Source: an uncultured Fibrobacterota bacterium (lineage in GTDB: Bacteria; Fibrobacterota; Chitinivibrionia; Chitinivibrionales; FEN-1185). Taken from it: a stretch of 64,000 nt of DNA. Shown one piece after another: positions 49,531 to 59,691 of the stretch. Made by a program: the position numbers and the translations under genes. Below the pieces are notes generated by a model. It had not been told where the DNA came from and did not search any database. It saw only the letters and a list, made by a program, of their open reading frames with translations. The stretch spans positions 32,001-96,000 of the forward strand of contig CAVSQB010000012.1 in the NCBI GenBank assembly GCA_963729895.1, written 5' to 3'. How positions within the stretch are numbered: the stretch's first letter is position 1; every line of letters begins with the position of its first letter.

Positions 49531-50469
49531 CTACAACCTCTCGAATGCAGCGTTCACTTCCAGCCAATACTTGTCCATGCTCTTTGCCCGCTGGACTTTT
49601 GTCAGCACTTCTTCATTCCTCTTGAACGAGAACGAGAGAAAGCACCAGAGCTGCTTCAATTTCCCAAGCACCGTTACCTCGCCGCTGCCGAATTCCTGAT
49701 ACCCTCGTACAAGGTCTTCATGAAACCGGTAGAGCCGGTCCGCGAATGTATGGCGGCCGGTCCCAGCAATGCCCTTGAGCTCCTCAGGCAGGGCCGGATT
49801 CATCAGCACGCCTCTGCCGATCATGAAGCTTTCGACATTTCCGAAACGGCGGGCGATGGCCTCAAACGATCTGCCGTCGACGATATCGCCGTTGTAAACC
49901 ACCGGGTGCCGTGAGAGCCTCAGGCACTTCTCAAAGGCTTCGAGGTTGGGTGTGCCGTCGTACATTTGCCTGGCGGTGCGAGGATGGATGATTAGGTCGG
50001 AAACCGGGAAATCGTTGAAGACGGGGAGTATTTCCAGAATTTCATCAGGGTCATCTCTGCCGAGCCGCGTTTTTATTGAAATACGGCACTTGACAGCCGG
50101 AATGACCGCAGACAAAAAATCGTGAATCATTCTTGGATACGGCAGCATGCCGGCCCCGCGCTTTTTGCTGACAACCACGGGGTAGGGGCAGCCGAGATTC
50201 CAGTTTACCGTATGGTACCCCAGGGAACATAATTGGTTTGCCAGAACAACAAATTCATCCGCATCCTTGCCGATGAGCTGGGGAACCAGGCAATGAGATT
50301 TGTTGTATTTCGGAAGAAGATCGCGAATGTGGGAGTCCCTGACCGCTTTTCCCTTCACGGTTGTGATAAAGGGAGCAAATTGAGCGTCGAGGCCGGAAAA
50401 ATGCCGGGAGAGTGCATTTCGGAACACAAAATCCGTGTGACCGCGAAGTGGTGCTAGAATGAGCTTCAT
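49531..50469 (-). CDS. tRNA-dihydrouridine synthase family protein
   Basis: LAPLRGHTD, NWNLGCP, SIKTRLG, IHPRT, YNGDI, MIGRG..NP. Confidence 0.92.
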   Translation of the reverse strand: MKLILAPLRGHTDFVFRNALSRHFSGLDAQFAPFITTVKGKAVRDSHIRDLLPKYNKSHCLVPQLIGKDADEFVVLANQLCSLGYHTVNWNLGCPYPVVVSKKRGAGMLPYPRMIHDFLSAVIPAVKCRISIKTRLGRDDPDEILEILPVFNDFPVSDLIIHPRTARQMYDGTPNLEAFEKCLRLSRHPVVYNGDIVDGRSFEAIARRFGNVESFMIGRGVLMNPALPEELKGIAGTGRHTFADRLYRFHEDLVRGYQEFGSGEVTVLGKLKQLWCFLSFSFKRNEEVLTKVQRAKSMDKYWLEVNAAFERL

Positions 50470-50474
50470 GGAAA

Positions 50475-50996
50475 TTATTGAGGCGGGGTGACCGTTTTGT
50501 ATCCAAAGTAAAATGCGATAAAGGCAGCGGTGAACCCGATGATCCAGTCAAAAGGGCGGATTCCGTCCACGAAGAAATAGAGAACCCTGTGGAAATCCAT
50601 TTGACCAAGCACGGCAAGAAGGCTGATGCTTTTCTTGTGGGAATGGCTGATGGCCGCGGTCATGAAATTGCCTATGATCCAGGAAACGAGTGATATGCCT
50701 GCCCCGGCGATCCCGAAAGGCGGCGAGACCGCTTTCCCAAGGTACCGAACCGAAAACCCAATTGCGGCCGCTTCAACAAGCGCCATCCAGCCGATCTTAT
50801 AACCCGTCATCTGGACAAGCAGGATCCAGACTATCAATGACACGACGGCAACGCCAACGCCGCCGACAATTCCCATTGCCAGGTTCTGCCGTTTTTGGAG
50901 ATACAGCCAGTATTTTGAAAAGTCCTTCTGGTCCACCTCGAAAACAGGCTCGGATTCGCTGGCGGCGTTTTGGAGGTTTCCCGGTTCTCCGTTCAT
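50475..50996 (-). CDS. Hypothetical membrane protein
   Basis: About four TM helices; ends 5 nt before the dus start. Start uncertain. Confidence 0.7.
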   Translation of the reverse strand: MNGEPGNLQNAASESEPVFEVDQKDFSKYWLYLQKRQNLAMGIVGGVGVAVVSLIVWILLVQMTGYKIGWMALVEAAAIGFSVRYLGKAVSPPFGIAGAGISLVSWIIGNFMTAAISHSHKKSISLLAVLGQMDFHRVLYFFVDGIRPFDWIIGFTAAFIAFYFGYKTVTPPQ

Positions 50997-51263
50997 TCCA
51001 GGTTCTTTCCATTCCACAGGGCAAAGACTTTTGAGAACATCCTGAGAAGAGAAAATACAGCATGCCATTGTACGCCGTAATGATTGCACATTGCAGTGAA
51101 TCAGGCTCCGTGAATACTGGATGATGCTATCGCGATATTTGCGTGTTCATGTTAAGAGAGTCTTCGGAATGGCGCAGGCTCGAGCAACAAAACTGGATAG
51201 GGCAGTGACACGTTTTGAACGTTCAATTTGTGTACATTTGGTCCATATAATGAAATTACTTAA

Positions 51264-51291
51264 AGTTTACATAATATATATTATGCGCCAT
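51264..51291 (-). other. dif: Probable chromosomal dif site (XerC/XerD recombination site)
   Basis: Minus strand ATGGCGCATAA-TATATA-TTATGTAAACT, an 11-6-11 layout in an AT-rich intergenic region. Confidence 0.88.
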
Positions 51292-51431
51292 ATAGCTTGC
51301 ACTCATATGATCATATGAAAACAAATTCACATACAATCGCACCTATTTCAAACAAGTAGTTCATCTACATACTCAATTACGTCTCCGAAAGTAGTCCGAT
51401 TCTCATTGAGGTTGATGTGCTGCTATCCGAA

Positions 51432-51947
51432 TCAATACTCAATGCCTTTGCGTGCTCTTATGCCCTTTTTGAAGTAATGCCGTTTCTCCTTCATTTCGGT
51501 AACCAAATCAGCAAGTTGTGTGATTTCCTTTGGAGCGTTTCTGCCTGTGAGCACCAATTCCACGTTTGCCGGTCTATTCTTGATAATCTTCACAACATCG
51601 TCTAACATAATGATTCCAAGGTTAATAGCGCAGTTAATCTCATCCATAATGACAAGTTGGTAGGCTCCCGAAAACATGGCCTTCAGGCAATTCTCAAGCC
51701 CTTTTCGCGCATTGGCAATGTCTCTCGGAGATGGTTTCATTATTATGAAACTCTTTGATCCGAATTGCATTACATCGATAGAGCCTGTATGTTTCCGGAG
51801 AGCCCACAATTCTGAATAGTTTCGCCCTTTAAGAAACTGCCCAATGTATACCTTAAGCCCTGCACCTGCAGCTCTTAATGCGAGACCGAACGCTGCCGTG
51901 GTCTTTCCTTTACCGTTTCCGGTGTAGACCTGAACAAACCCTTTCAT
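51432..51947 (-). CDS. cobO: Cob(I)alamin adenosyltransferase (CobA/CobO/BtuR family)
   Basis: VQVYTGNGKGKTTAAFGLALRA, QFLKG, MDEI, ELVLTGR, ADLVTEM, GIEY. Confidence 0.93.
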   Translation of the reverse strand: MKGFVQVYTGNGKGKTTAAFGLALRAAGAGLKVYIGQFLKGRNYSELWALRKHTGSIDVMQFGSKSFIIMKPSPRDIANARKGLENCLKAMFSGAYQLVIMDEINCAINLGIIMLDDVVKIIKNRPANVELVLTGRNAPKEITQLADLVTEMKEKRHYFKKGIRARKGIEY

Positions 51948-51955
51948 CGTCTTCC

Positions 51956-53110
51956 CTATTTATTAGCTTCCCTGATCCTTTTGACCACTTTTTCCATGAT
52001 CGCAACAGCAGTATGCACTTCATCTTTAGTGTTTTCTCTTCCCAGGGAGAACCTCACCGCGCACACGGCGTCAACTTTTCTCCTTCCCATGGCCAGCAAG
52101 GTGCGAGACGCACTTATCGACCCGGAAGAACAGGCAGCGCCGCCCGAGGCACATATTCCCTCCTGGTCAAGCGATGCCAGCAGGGATTCCGTTTCAGCGC
52201 CGGGGATACACAGGTTCAACGTGCCCGGAATTCTCTGGTCCGGGTGGCCGTTCCTCAAGACACGCTCTATTTTCGATGAGATCTCGCTGTGCAGCAGCTC
52301 GGTAAGACCGCGCAATCGCACAGCGTCTTCTTCCATTGTTATATGGGCAATTTCCGCAGCCCGAACAAACCCGAGAATGGCTGGCAGGTTTTCGGTGCCG
52401 GTTCGCACATGACGTTCCTGGCCGCCTCCGAAGCTGCGGGGATTGATCCGTGTTCCCTGCCTAATGTAAAGCGCACCGCATCCTTTGGGACCGTAGATCT
52501 TGTGCGAAGAAACCGACATGAGCGAAATTGACCCCTTTTCAACATTGACCGGTATCTTCCCAAAGGCTTGCACCGCGTCGCTATGAAAAGGAATGTTTCT
52601 TTTCTTGAGCATCTCCCCAATGCTCTGCACCGGCTGGACAGTGCCTATTTCATTGTTCGCAAACATGATTGAGACGAGCCTTGTGTTGTCGGTGACGCAG
52701 GCTTCCAGTTTGTCAATGGCAACCTGGCCATTGTCGTCTACCGGCGCCTGGGTGGCTTCAAAGCCTTTGGCCGAAAGGGTAAGCGCTGCCTCATGGACTG
52801 CAGGGTGTTCAATGGCCGAAATCACCACAGAGCCGTTCTTGTGCCTGTCCATCATTCCGAGTATCGCAAGATTGTCGGATTCGGTCCCGCCGGAGGTAAA
52901 ATAAATCTCCCTGGCAGATGCGCCGATAAGTCCGGCAAGACGTTCACGTGCGTTTTCGAGCCTGGCAAACGCTTTTCTCCCCACGGAGTGCGTTGATGAA
53001 GGATTTCCCCAGAATTCCTCCATTGCATCACGCATGACGTCCAGGACCTCGGGCAAGATCGGAGTTGTGGCGTTGTGGTCGAAGTAAATCATTTCCTTAT
53101 TCTTTCTCAT
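51956..53110 (-). CDS. Group I cysteine desulfurase (IscS/NifS-like)
   Basis: YFDHNATT, GNPSS, FTSGGTESDN, IEHPAV, NNEIG, HSDAVQ, SSHKIYGPKG, SGGAACSS. Start 53110 or 53092. Confidence 0.92.
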   Translation of the reverse strand: MRKNKEMIYFDHNATTPILPEVLDVMRDAMEEFWGNPSSTHSVGRKAFARLENARERLAGLIGASAREIYFTSGGTESDNLAILGMMDRHKNGSVVISAIEHPAVHEAALTLSAKGFEATQAPVDDNGQVAIDKLEACVTDNTRLVSIMFANNEIGTVQPVQSIGEMLKKRNIPFHSDAVQAFGKIPVNVEKGSISLMSVSSHKIYGPKGCGALYIRQGTRINPRSFGGGQERHVRTGTENLPAILGFVRAAEIAHITMEEDAVRLRGLTELLHSEISSKIERVLRNGHPDQRIPGTLNLCIPGAETESLLASLDQEGICASGGAACSSGSISASRTLLAMGRRKVDAVCAVRFSLGRENTKDEVHTAVAIMEKVVKRIREANK

Positions 53111-53234
53111 GACAGTACATTCCGGAATTCCGCTGCAGGCGCCGACGCAATGCCCCATTCCCAGGAAAAATAGCAGGTATGCTGCGCGGCAGACAAAAAG
53201 AATTGCAGCCCGCAGTTTTTCAGGTCTTTCTATT

Positions 53235-54233
53235 TTAGTCCAGGCTGATCCCGCGCGCCTTTCTCACGAATAACAGCCACAGGAAGAAAGGACCGCCCAA
53301 GAGTGCGGTAATGACGCCAACCGGCATCTCCGCCGGCGCTATCACGACCCGCGCAAGGGTATCGCACAAGACAAGAAAAATGCCCCCGAAAAGAAATGAC
53401 GCCGGTCCAAGAACCGTGTGACCGGTCTTGAATACCATTTTGCAAATGTGCGGGGTCATGAGCCCCACAAATCCGATGGGGCCGCATACCGCAACAATGC
53501 TGCCTACCATGAGCGTCGCGGCAAAGAGCAGCAGATTCTTCGTCCGGTTCACCCGTACTCCCCTGGTCTTGGCAAGGTCGTCGCCGACAAGCAAGTGGTC
53601 GAGCTCCGGAAGTTTGACTGCCAGGATGGCGGTGCCGAGCCCGAGGAATGGCGCCATGGAGAGAAACGGCTGGTATCCAAACACCTCAATTCCTCCCATG
53701 AGCCAGCGTACAATATGGAACGAATCCCGAAGCGAACTCATGTACTGCATGAACATGAGCATGCTTGAAAAAAGAAAACTGATGGCAATGCCCGCCAGTA
53801 GCATGGTGAGATTTGTTGAAGCCCGCTGCAATGACGAAAGCACGTAAACGCACGCCATGGAAGCCGCTGCGCCGAGAAATGCGCCGAGCGAAATGTAGGG
53901 CACACCCGCCACCGCGCCGCTCATGCCGAGCAGAATGGTTGTCGCTGCGCCGCAGGATGCGCCGCTGGAGATACCAAGGGTAAATGGGTCCGCCAGCGGG
54001 TTGCGAAACATGGCCTGAAACATCATCCCGCATAAAGCCAGACCGCTCCCGGCGCTAAATGCCACCAGCACGCGGGGTATGCGAAGGGTCAGTAGGATGG
54101 TGGCCTGCAAATCGCCGGCAAACAGGTGGCGTGGCGAAATGAATTGCATGCCGACAAAAGGGGCTGTTGCAAGGACCACGACTGCGGCGATGGAGAGGAA
54201 CATGAGTTGAAGCAAGCTCGATCCGGTTTTCAT
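53235..54233 (-). CDS. BtuC/FecCD-family ABC permease
   Basis: LRIPR, FRNPLADPFTLGISSGA, GPIGFVGLMTPH, EMPVGVITALLGGPFF. Confidence 0.92.
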   Translation of the reverse strand: MKTGSSLLQLMFLSIAAVVVLATAPFVGMQFISPRHLFAGDLQATILLTLRIPRVLVAFSAGSGLALCGMMFQAMFRNPLADPFTLGISSGASCGAATTILLGMSGAVAGVPYISLGAFLGAAASMACVYVLSSLQRASTNLTMLLAGIAISFLFSSMLMFMQYMSSLRDSFHIVRWLMGGIEVFGYQPFLSMAPFLGLGTAILAVKLPELDHLLVGDDLAKTRGVRVNRTKNLLLFAATLMVGSIVAVCGPIGFVGLMTPHICKMVFKTGHTVLGPASFLFGGIFLVLCDTLARVVIAPAEMPVGVITALLGGPFFLWLLFVRKARGISLD

Positions 54234-55033
54234 ACCTCTTCCCCCGGAACAATGATCATCCGGTTCGAGCCGCGGCAGCGCGCTTCTTCAAACCGTACGG
54301 TAAAGATGTCGTTCAGTACCGCCGGGCAGTTCTCCTTGAACCGCTCGGTTGTTCCGGCAAAAAACAGTGTCCCGTTGAGCAGGGCCAGAACATTGGAAAA
54401 CTTCGTGACCGCAAAATTGACATCGTGCGTAATTGTCACGATGGTCGAGCCGAATTCATGATGAATCCGGTCGAGCGTCCTGGACACCAGCTGCTGGTGA
54501 AGAGGATCCAGAAACGTTGCGGGTTCGTCAAGCAGCAAGATGCTGCTCTCCTGGGCAACGGCGCCGGCCAGGAACACTCGTTGCAGCTCGCCGCCCGAAA
54601 GCGTAGTCATAAGGCGGTCTCGTAGTCCTTCCACGTCGGTCAGGGCAAGCGCCTCCTCTACGATGCGGTTGTCCGCTTCAGTCGGGATTGCCATGAGTCC
54701 CTGGTACGGGAAGCGGGCAAGCATGACGAAATCAAAGACCTTGTAGGGCGCAAGGCTGCGTACGGTTGCCTGTGGAACATACGAGATGATCCGTGCCCTG
54801 GTGCGGGGCTTAAGTGCCGCGATATCGATCCCGTTTATCAAGATACTCCCCGGCCGCACGGCAAGCAGCCCGGCTATGCATTTGATGAGCGTGGATTTTC
54901 CCACCCCGTTCTTGCCGATAATAGACCAGGTCTCACCGCCCCCGATTGAAAAGGAGACTCCGGTGAGGACCGTCTTTTCCCTGTAGGAGTACGACAGATT
55001 TTGCACATCGATTACAGGAGGTGCTGCTGCCAT
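54230..55033 (-). CDS. BtuD/FepC-type ABC ATP-binding protein
   Basis: GKNGVGKST, LSGGELQR, LLLDEP, THD; ATG 55033 directly after the btuF-like stop. Confidence 0.92.
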   Translation of the reverse strand: MAAAPPVIDVQNLSYSYREKTVLTGVSFSIGGGETWSIIGKNGVGKSTLIKCIAGLLAVRPGSILINGIDIAALKPRTRARIISYVPQATVRSLAPYKVFDFVMLARFPYQGLMAIPTEADNRIVEEALALTDVEGLRDRLMTTLSGGELQRVFLAGAVAQESSILLLDEPATFLDPLHQQLVSRTLDRIHHEFGSTIVTITHDVNFAVTKFSNVLALLNGTLFFAGTTERFKENCPAVLNDIFTVRFEEARCRGSNRMIIVPGEEV

Positions 55034-55034
55034 C

Positions 55035-55934
55035 CTAGCGTTTCCTGTGTTCTTTTCGGAATTCTTCAACGGTCCTTCTGATTTCCCTCAAAATCAATGC
55101 GATGCGCGGCCCGGGTATGGTCATGTAATCGCCGTTTGGACAGAATACCAGGCTGTTCTTTACAGCCGGGACCATCGACAGCGCTTTCCAGTCATCTCTC
55201 ACCTTGTCGTGCAGTGCGCCGGCAGCAGATGTCGTGAGATCCACAATTATATCCGGGGCAAGCCTCATTATTCCCTCAGCCGAGAACGATGGGTATTCGA
55301 AGGATGAGTCGGCGGAGGCGTTTGCGCCGCCCCCGTACTTTATCAACTGATCGTAGAAGCTCTTTGGTCCTGCGATGTACACCTTTGCGATGGCGCCTGT
55401 TCCAGGGTCGTCCCTATCTACACATAACAAAATCTTGGGGCGGCTGGCCGCAGCAGTTGTGTCAGCTATTTCGGCTTTTATCGATTGTACAAGTGAATCC
55501 GCCTCTCTTGTTTTTCCGAAAAGCCCGCCGATTGTGCGAAACGACCGCAGGATATCCCGGAAGTTTTCGTCATCGATTATCCGAAACGCAATTCCGTTTT
55601 TCGCAAGAAAGGAGGCAATTGACGAATGCTCCCTGAGAAGGAACACCAGGTCGGGTTTGAGCGAAAGGATCATTTCGAAATTAGGGTCCAAATACCCGCC
55701 TATCTGCGGCAGGTTTTGCACCTGCCGAGGGTAGGTACAATACCGTGTGACTCCCACCACCCTGTTGCCAAGACCGAGCGCAAAAAGCGTTTCGGTAATG
55801 CTTGGCGCAAACGAGATGATACGCTTTGGTGTGGCGGTCGTGGAATGCTGCACAGGCGTGCACCCGGCCAGGGTTGCCACCCAAATGCTCATGCCCGCAA
55901 TCAGCGGGCTATGGAGAGATCGCATTCGTATCAT
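55035..55934 (-). CDS. BtuF-like cobalamin-binding lipoprotein
   Basis: Lipobox LAGC; RIISFAPSITETLFALG, VGVTRYC, LKPDLV, PAVK, PGPR. Start uncertain. Confidence 0.88.
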   Translation of the reverse strand: MIRMRSLHSPLIAGMSIWVATLAGCTPVQHSTTATPKRIISFAPSITETLFALGLGNRVVGVTRYCTYPRQVQNLPQIGGYLDPNFEMILSLKPDLVFLLREHSSIASFLAKNGIAFRIIDDENFRDILRSFRTIGGLFGKTREADSLVQSIKAEIADTTAAASRPKILLCVDRDDPGTGAIAKVYIAGPKSFYDQLIKYGGGANASADSSFEYPSFSAEGIMRLAPDIIVDLTTSAAGALHDKVRDDWKALSMVPAVKNSLVFCPNGDYMTIPGPRIALILREIRRTVEEFRKEHRKR

Positions 55935-56006
55935 CCTCGACCTTAATGAGCCGCGCGATGCCGGTTCCAGCGGCGAGCCGATGCCGTTCGACACTGAGTA
56001 GCCGGA

Positions 56007-57128
56007 CTATCGGGCCGTTTGCAAAAAAGCCAGAGAATTGGGAGGCAGACCGACGTTCTTGGTCGTGCCGATCTTTGCATCTGTCACCGGATCTATAACC
56101 ACAATTCCCGGCGTCGAATTGCTTCGATCACCCACATAAACATACGTCCCGTCAAACGCCATGTGCCCGCTGCAGGGCGCATCGAGGCCGGCAATTCTGG
56201 GGCCCACGGTTTTTGCCTGCGGGTTAAAGGAATGCAGTTCGGTCGTAAACGTCGGAGTTGAAATCACCGCATAGCCCTTTGTGTCGCTCACGACAATTAT
56301 TGAGGCTATGTCGCCAGAAAATGCGGATTCGGTGACTATCGATCCGGTATTGGTATCCGTGCTCAAGTCGATTTCTTCAATTCCAGCATCATTCACTCCC
56401 CATATTCCAACGCTGCCGACATAGAGTTTTCCGTTGAAGATGGATAATTCCTGCGGGTTTTTATAGATAAGGTTGATGGCTTTCTCTAAAGTGTCCGTTG
56501 TTGCATTAATCACAACAATCTTGCTGGTGTCCGCGGCCTGAATATATCCCCCGGCAGGAGCTTTGAGACGTTGGCAGGCAACGTACACTTTGCCGTTATA
56601 ATACAATTCCTTGCTCGCATAGGGAACGCTGTCTGCGTTGACAGTTCCAGCGTAGGTGTCGAATCCCGATAGATCAACCGTCTTACCCGTTCGCACGCCT
56701 GTTGAGGGATTAACAATAACCACTTTCGAGCCGTAGAGTTCCGTGACATAGGCCTTTGATGCGCTCACAAGGGCGATGTCCTGAATATCAACGGACGCGC
56801 CTATGTTCTTTTCGTAAACGACCGTCGATTCCGCGATGGTCGATCCGTTGATTCGCATCAGGTTGTCCTTACCGTACCGTTCGAGCACGTATATCGCCCC
56901 GTTGGACGTTCTGATGTCGTTGTCGGACCAAATCGACAGAAGGTTCGCGTAGGCGGTGGTGTCCGAAATGCTGTAGTAGCCCATGTTGCCCGCGGAATAA
57001 TCGTAGTCGATGGTCACCGCGACAATTGACTGGGCAGATGAGGTTTGGGGCGATGCGGGGTTGGTCTTTTGGGAACAGCCGACACAAAGTGCAAGAACAC
57101 CGAATGTGGTGACAAGAAACCTGTTCAT
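56007..57128 (-). CDS. YncE-like beta-propeller lipoprotein (BtuG-like position)
   Basis: Lipobox CVGC; propeller repeats (SKAYVT, GKVYVAC, GKLYVG, YVYVGDR); ATG after AAAGGAG. Confidence 0.75.
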   Translation of the reverse strand: MNRFLVTTFGVLALCVGCSQKTNPASPQTSSAQSIVAVTIDYDYSAGNMGYYSISDTTAYANLLSIWSDNDIRTSNGAIYVLERYGKDNLMRINGSTIAESTVVYEKNIGASVDIQDIALVSASKAYVTELYGSKVVIVNPSTGVRTGKTVDLSGFDTYAGTVNADSVPYASKELYYNGKVYVACQRLKAPAGGYIQAADTSKIVVINATTDTLEKAINLIYKNPQELSIFNGKLYVGSVGIWGVNDAGIEEIDLSTDTNTGSIVTESAFSGDIASIIVVSDTKGYAVISTPTFTTELHSFNPQAKTVGPRIAGLDAPCSGHMAFDGTYVYVGDRSNSTPGIVVIDPVTDAKIGTTKNVGLPPNSLAFLQTAR

Positions 57129-57260
57129 TTGAAACTCTCCTTTGGTGAACGATGATTGATTGTTGGTATAGGCAAAACGTGTCTTTTCCCAGCCGTACGG
57201 TCCGGCTGCACATGAACAACTGCTCATGAATGTACGCGTGAATTCATGAGGTTCCTCCTT

Positions 57261-59375
57261 CTAAAACGTGCATTTCAAGACCGCGTATTGCGAAAGGCCG
57301 GGCAACGGCCTCTGGAAATCGTAATTGCGGACATTGAGATAGTTTTCTATTCTGTACGATATGTCGAAATGGGAGCCCAGCGCGCATCCGATGCCAGCGT
57401 CCAATTGTGGAATGTTCTGCACGACGCTGTCGGTGATTCCCGGATTGGTGAAATACCGCGAGATGAATCGGGCCGAATGGCTGGCATACCAGTTCTTGTA
57501 CGTTAATTTGATGGTCAGGTCGTCCTTGAACCTCGGCTGCAGAGGCTCGTCTGTTCCGTTCAATTCGGAAATCACACTCGAATGAACGATGTTTTCCATA
57601 TAGCTCACCGAATTCGAGACGGTGAGCCACGGCAAGGCCGTTACCGCCGCATCGCCTTCCACGCCCCAGCCCCGAACGTCCGAAACATTCTTGGGCTCGA
57701 ATATGAGGGAGCTCGACGTATATACGATCTTGTTCCTGCAATCGTCCCAGAAGGCCGAGCCCGACAGGGCAAGCCATTGCCGCACAACGGAAAACCCGAG
57801 GTCGTATTCGAGCCTGGTCTCGGGAAAAAGCGCCGAGTTCCCTTTCACGGTCGCGCTTTGGGAATACAATTCAGAAAATCCGGGGCTGCGGCTCGTATAC
57901 TGAACGCTGCCGAGAAGAGAAAGCCAGGAAAGCGGCCGGTACTTCACTTCCGAAAACCCATTCGGGAATCCCTTTTTGGACATTCCGCCGCCCGTCATCA
58001 CCTGCCCGTATGATGTTGAGAAACTGTCGTTGGTGGAATCGATCTGGTATCTGTAAATTCCACCTATGCGGGCGGAAAGACCTCTCAGCAGGTATATATC
58101 AACCTCGGCGCCCGCCTTGCCAGTGAGGCGTATGTAACGCGGCGGCTGTGTCTCGCCCGCCGGGGCAAGCATATCCGTGCGGTTGTAGCCGTCGTAACTG
58201 CCGCTGAGCAAGGCGGTGGCGATCAAATGGCTGGTCACGGTCCATTTGGCAGTTCCCTCAAGACAGCCGAACGGCTGGGTTTCGTCCGTTGAAATGGGCT
58301 GGGTGGTGAGATAATAGGGCCTGCTTCTCTGAAATTTGCGATCGTCTGTTTTCCCCTTTGCGTTTATTGCGATCGTCAAACCGGGATCAATAGTCGTCGT
58401 GTATGACTCCAACAGCATAACGTTGCTGTTTCGCACGGTTCCGTCGTTGAAGCCTGCCTGCGGCAGATAGAAAATTCCCTCGTTCGTGACCAGTGCCGAA
58501 ATCTGCGAGGTAAGCCTGCTTCGGTCGTTTATTCTGAAGACGTTCGAGTAGGCGGACGAAAAGGTGGAGAAGAAATTGTTGTCCATTGTTCTTTGCGAAT
58601 CGTCGGCCGCGGCCGAACTTCCATACCTCACGATGTTGTCGGTGTAGGGATAATCGTTGTCGGCCCACCCGCAGTTCACCGATAGCCGGTGCGTCATGCG
58701 GCCGAGCGTCTTTACGAGAACTGCGTTTCCAATACGGTACCCGAACGATCCCGCCTCCAGGGAGGCGGCCACGACATCCTTTTTAGAATCGGTGGTGAGA
58801 TCGATCACACCGCCGGCATTATCGCCGAAGATTTCCAGCGGCGGCGTCGATTTGTAAACGGTGACCGTTTCCAGCGACGCCAGCGGAATCTTGGAAATGT
58901 CCACGGCGTCGCCCGTGGCCCCGTTGAGGGGTAAACCGTCGACGTACACCTGCACCTGGCTGGGCGAGCTGCCGCGGATCGACGCGTCGGCATAATGGCC
59001 GAAACCTCCCCTATCGCAGATCATCACACCCGAAACCGTTTCCAGCACCGACTGCAGATCAACATATTTGCCCGAAAAGTCCTTTGCCTCCAGCGTTACC
59101 TTGGACGGGGTGTATTCCTTGATTCTGTTTCCGGTGACAACCATTTTGTCAACCGTTGTTGATGAATCGGGCCTGTTCACCGCGCCGATGTTTCGATGGC
59201 CGCCGGAACTCGCCCGGAGCGTATCTTTTGCCCGGGAACCGGCGTTCGGGAAGGTGTCAAGATTTTCAGTTGGTGGAGGAACGCGAAGGCTGTCCGGTCC
59301 GACCACAGTCGAATCGACATGCATTGCCGCAACGGCGGAAACGCTCAAGCAGGCGGAGAAAAGGAAAACTCGCAC
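57261..59375 (-). CDS. TonB-dependent receptor (BtuB-like)
   Basis: TonB-box-like DKMVVTG, plug SIRGS..QVQVYVDG, GGVIDL, barrel ending RIENYLN...CTF; downstream of a cobalamin riboswitch. Confidence 0.88.
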   Translation of the reverse strand: MRVFLFSACLSVSAVAAMHVDSTVVGPDSLRVPPPTENLDTFPNAGSRAKDTLRASSGGHRNIGAVNRPDSSTTVDKMVVTGNRIKEYTPSKVTLEAKDFSGKYVDLQSVLETVSGVMICDRGGFGHYADASIRGSSPSQVQVYVDGLPLNGATGDAVDISKIPLASLETVTVYKSTPPLEIFGDNAGGVIDLTTDSKKDVVAASLEAGSFGYRIGNAVLVKTLGRMTHRLSVNCGWADNDYPYTDNIVRYGSSAAADDSQRTMDNNFFSTFSSAYSNVFRINDRSRLTSQISALVTNEGIFYLPQAGFNDGTVRNSNVMLLESYTTTIDPGLTIAINAKGKTDDRKFQRSRPYYLTTQPISTDETQPFGCLEGTAKWTVTSHLIATALLSGSYDGYNRTDMLAPAGETQPPRYIRLTGKAGAEVDIYLLRGLSARIGGIYRYQIDSTNDSFSTSYGQVMTGGGMSKKGFPNGFSEVKYRPLSWLSLLGSVQYTSRSPGFSELYSQSATVKGNSALFPETRLEYDLGFSVVRQWLALSGSAFWDDCRNKIVYTSSSLIFEPKNVSDVRGWGVEGDAAVTALPWLTVSNSVSYMENIVHSSVISELNGTDEPLQPRFKDDLTIKLTYKNWYASHSARFISRYFTNPGITDSVVQNIPQLDAGIGCALGSHFDISYRIENYLNVRNYDFQRPLPGLSQYAVLKCTF

Positions 59376-59430
59376 GGATCGGAATTCCTTGATCCCATCC
59401 CTCGGGGATCGCCGACGAATTTGACAAAAG

Positions 59431-59596
59431 CATGTTCAGGTAGGTCTCCTGGCTCCCCCATCCGGCGAATCGGCCTTCCCGTTTCGCTGTCGAAACAGTG
59501 GCCGTGGCATTGATACCCTTCGCGCGCGCGAAGAGCGGGGTTACAGTGGCGGGTCCGCTCCCGAATTTAACGGGATTCCCTTGGCACCTCAACATG
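59431..59596 (-). ncRNA. Cobalamin riboswitch
   Basis: Minus strand GGTGCC-AAGGGAA-...-CCCGCCACTGT-...-GCCACTG-...-GGGAAGG-...-GAGCCAGGAGACCTACC (B12 box); P1 CATGTT/AACATG. Confidence 0.95.
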
Positions 59597-59691
59597 AGAA
59601 AGAACGGATTCTAAACTAATTTATTGAAAAGCCTCACACAAGTGAACTCACGGCCCGTTTTACCTGTCCGGGAAGCGGGACGTCGGGCACG

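Noticed and set aside
51121..51318. 65-aa ORF spanning the dif region
   Set aside because: No RBS or motif; better explained as non-coding DNA containing dif.
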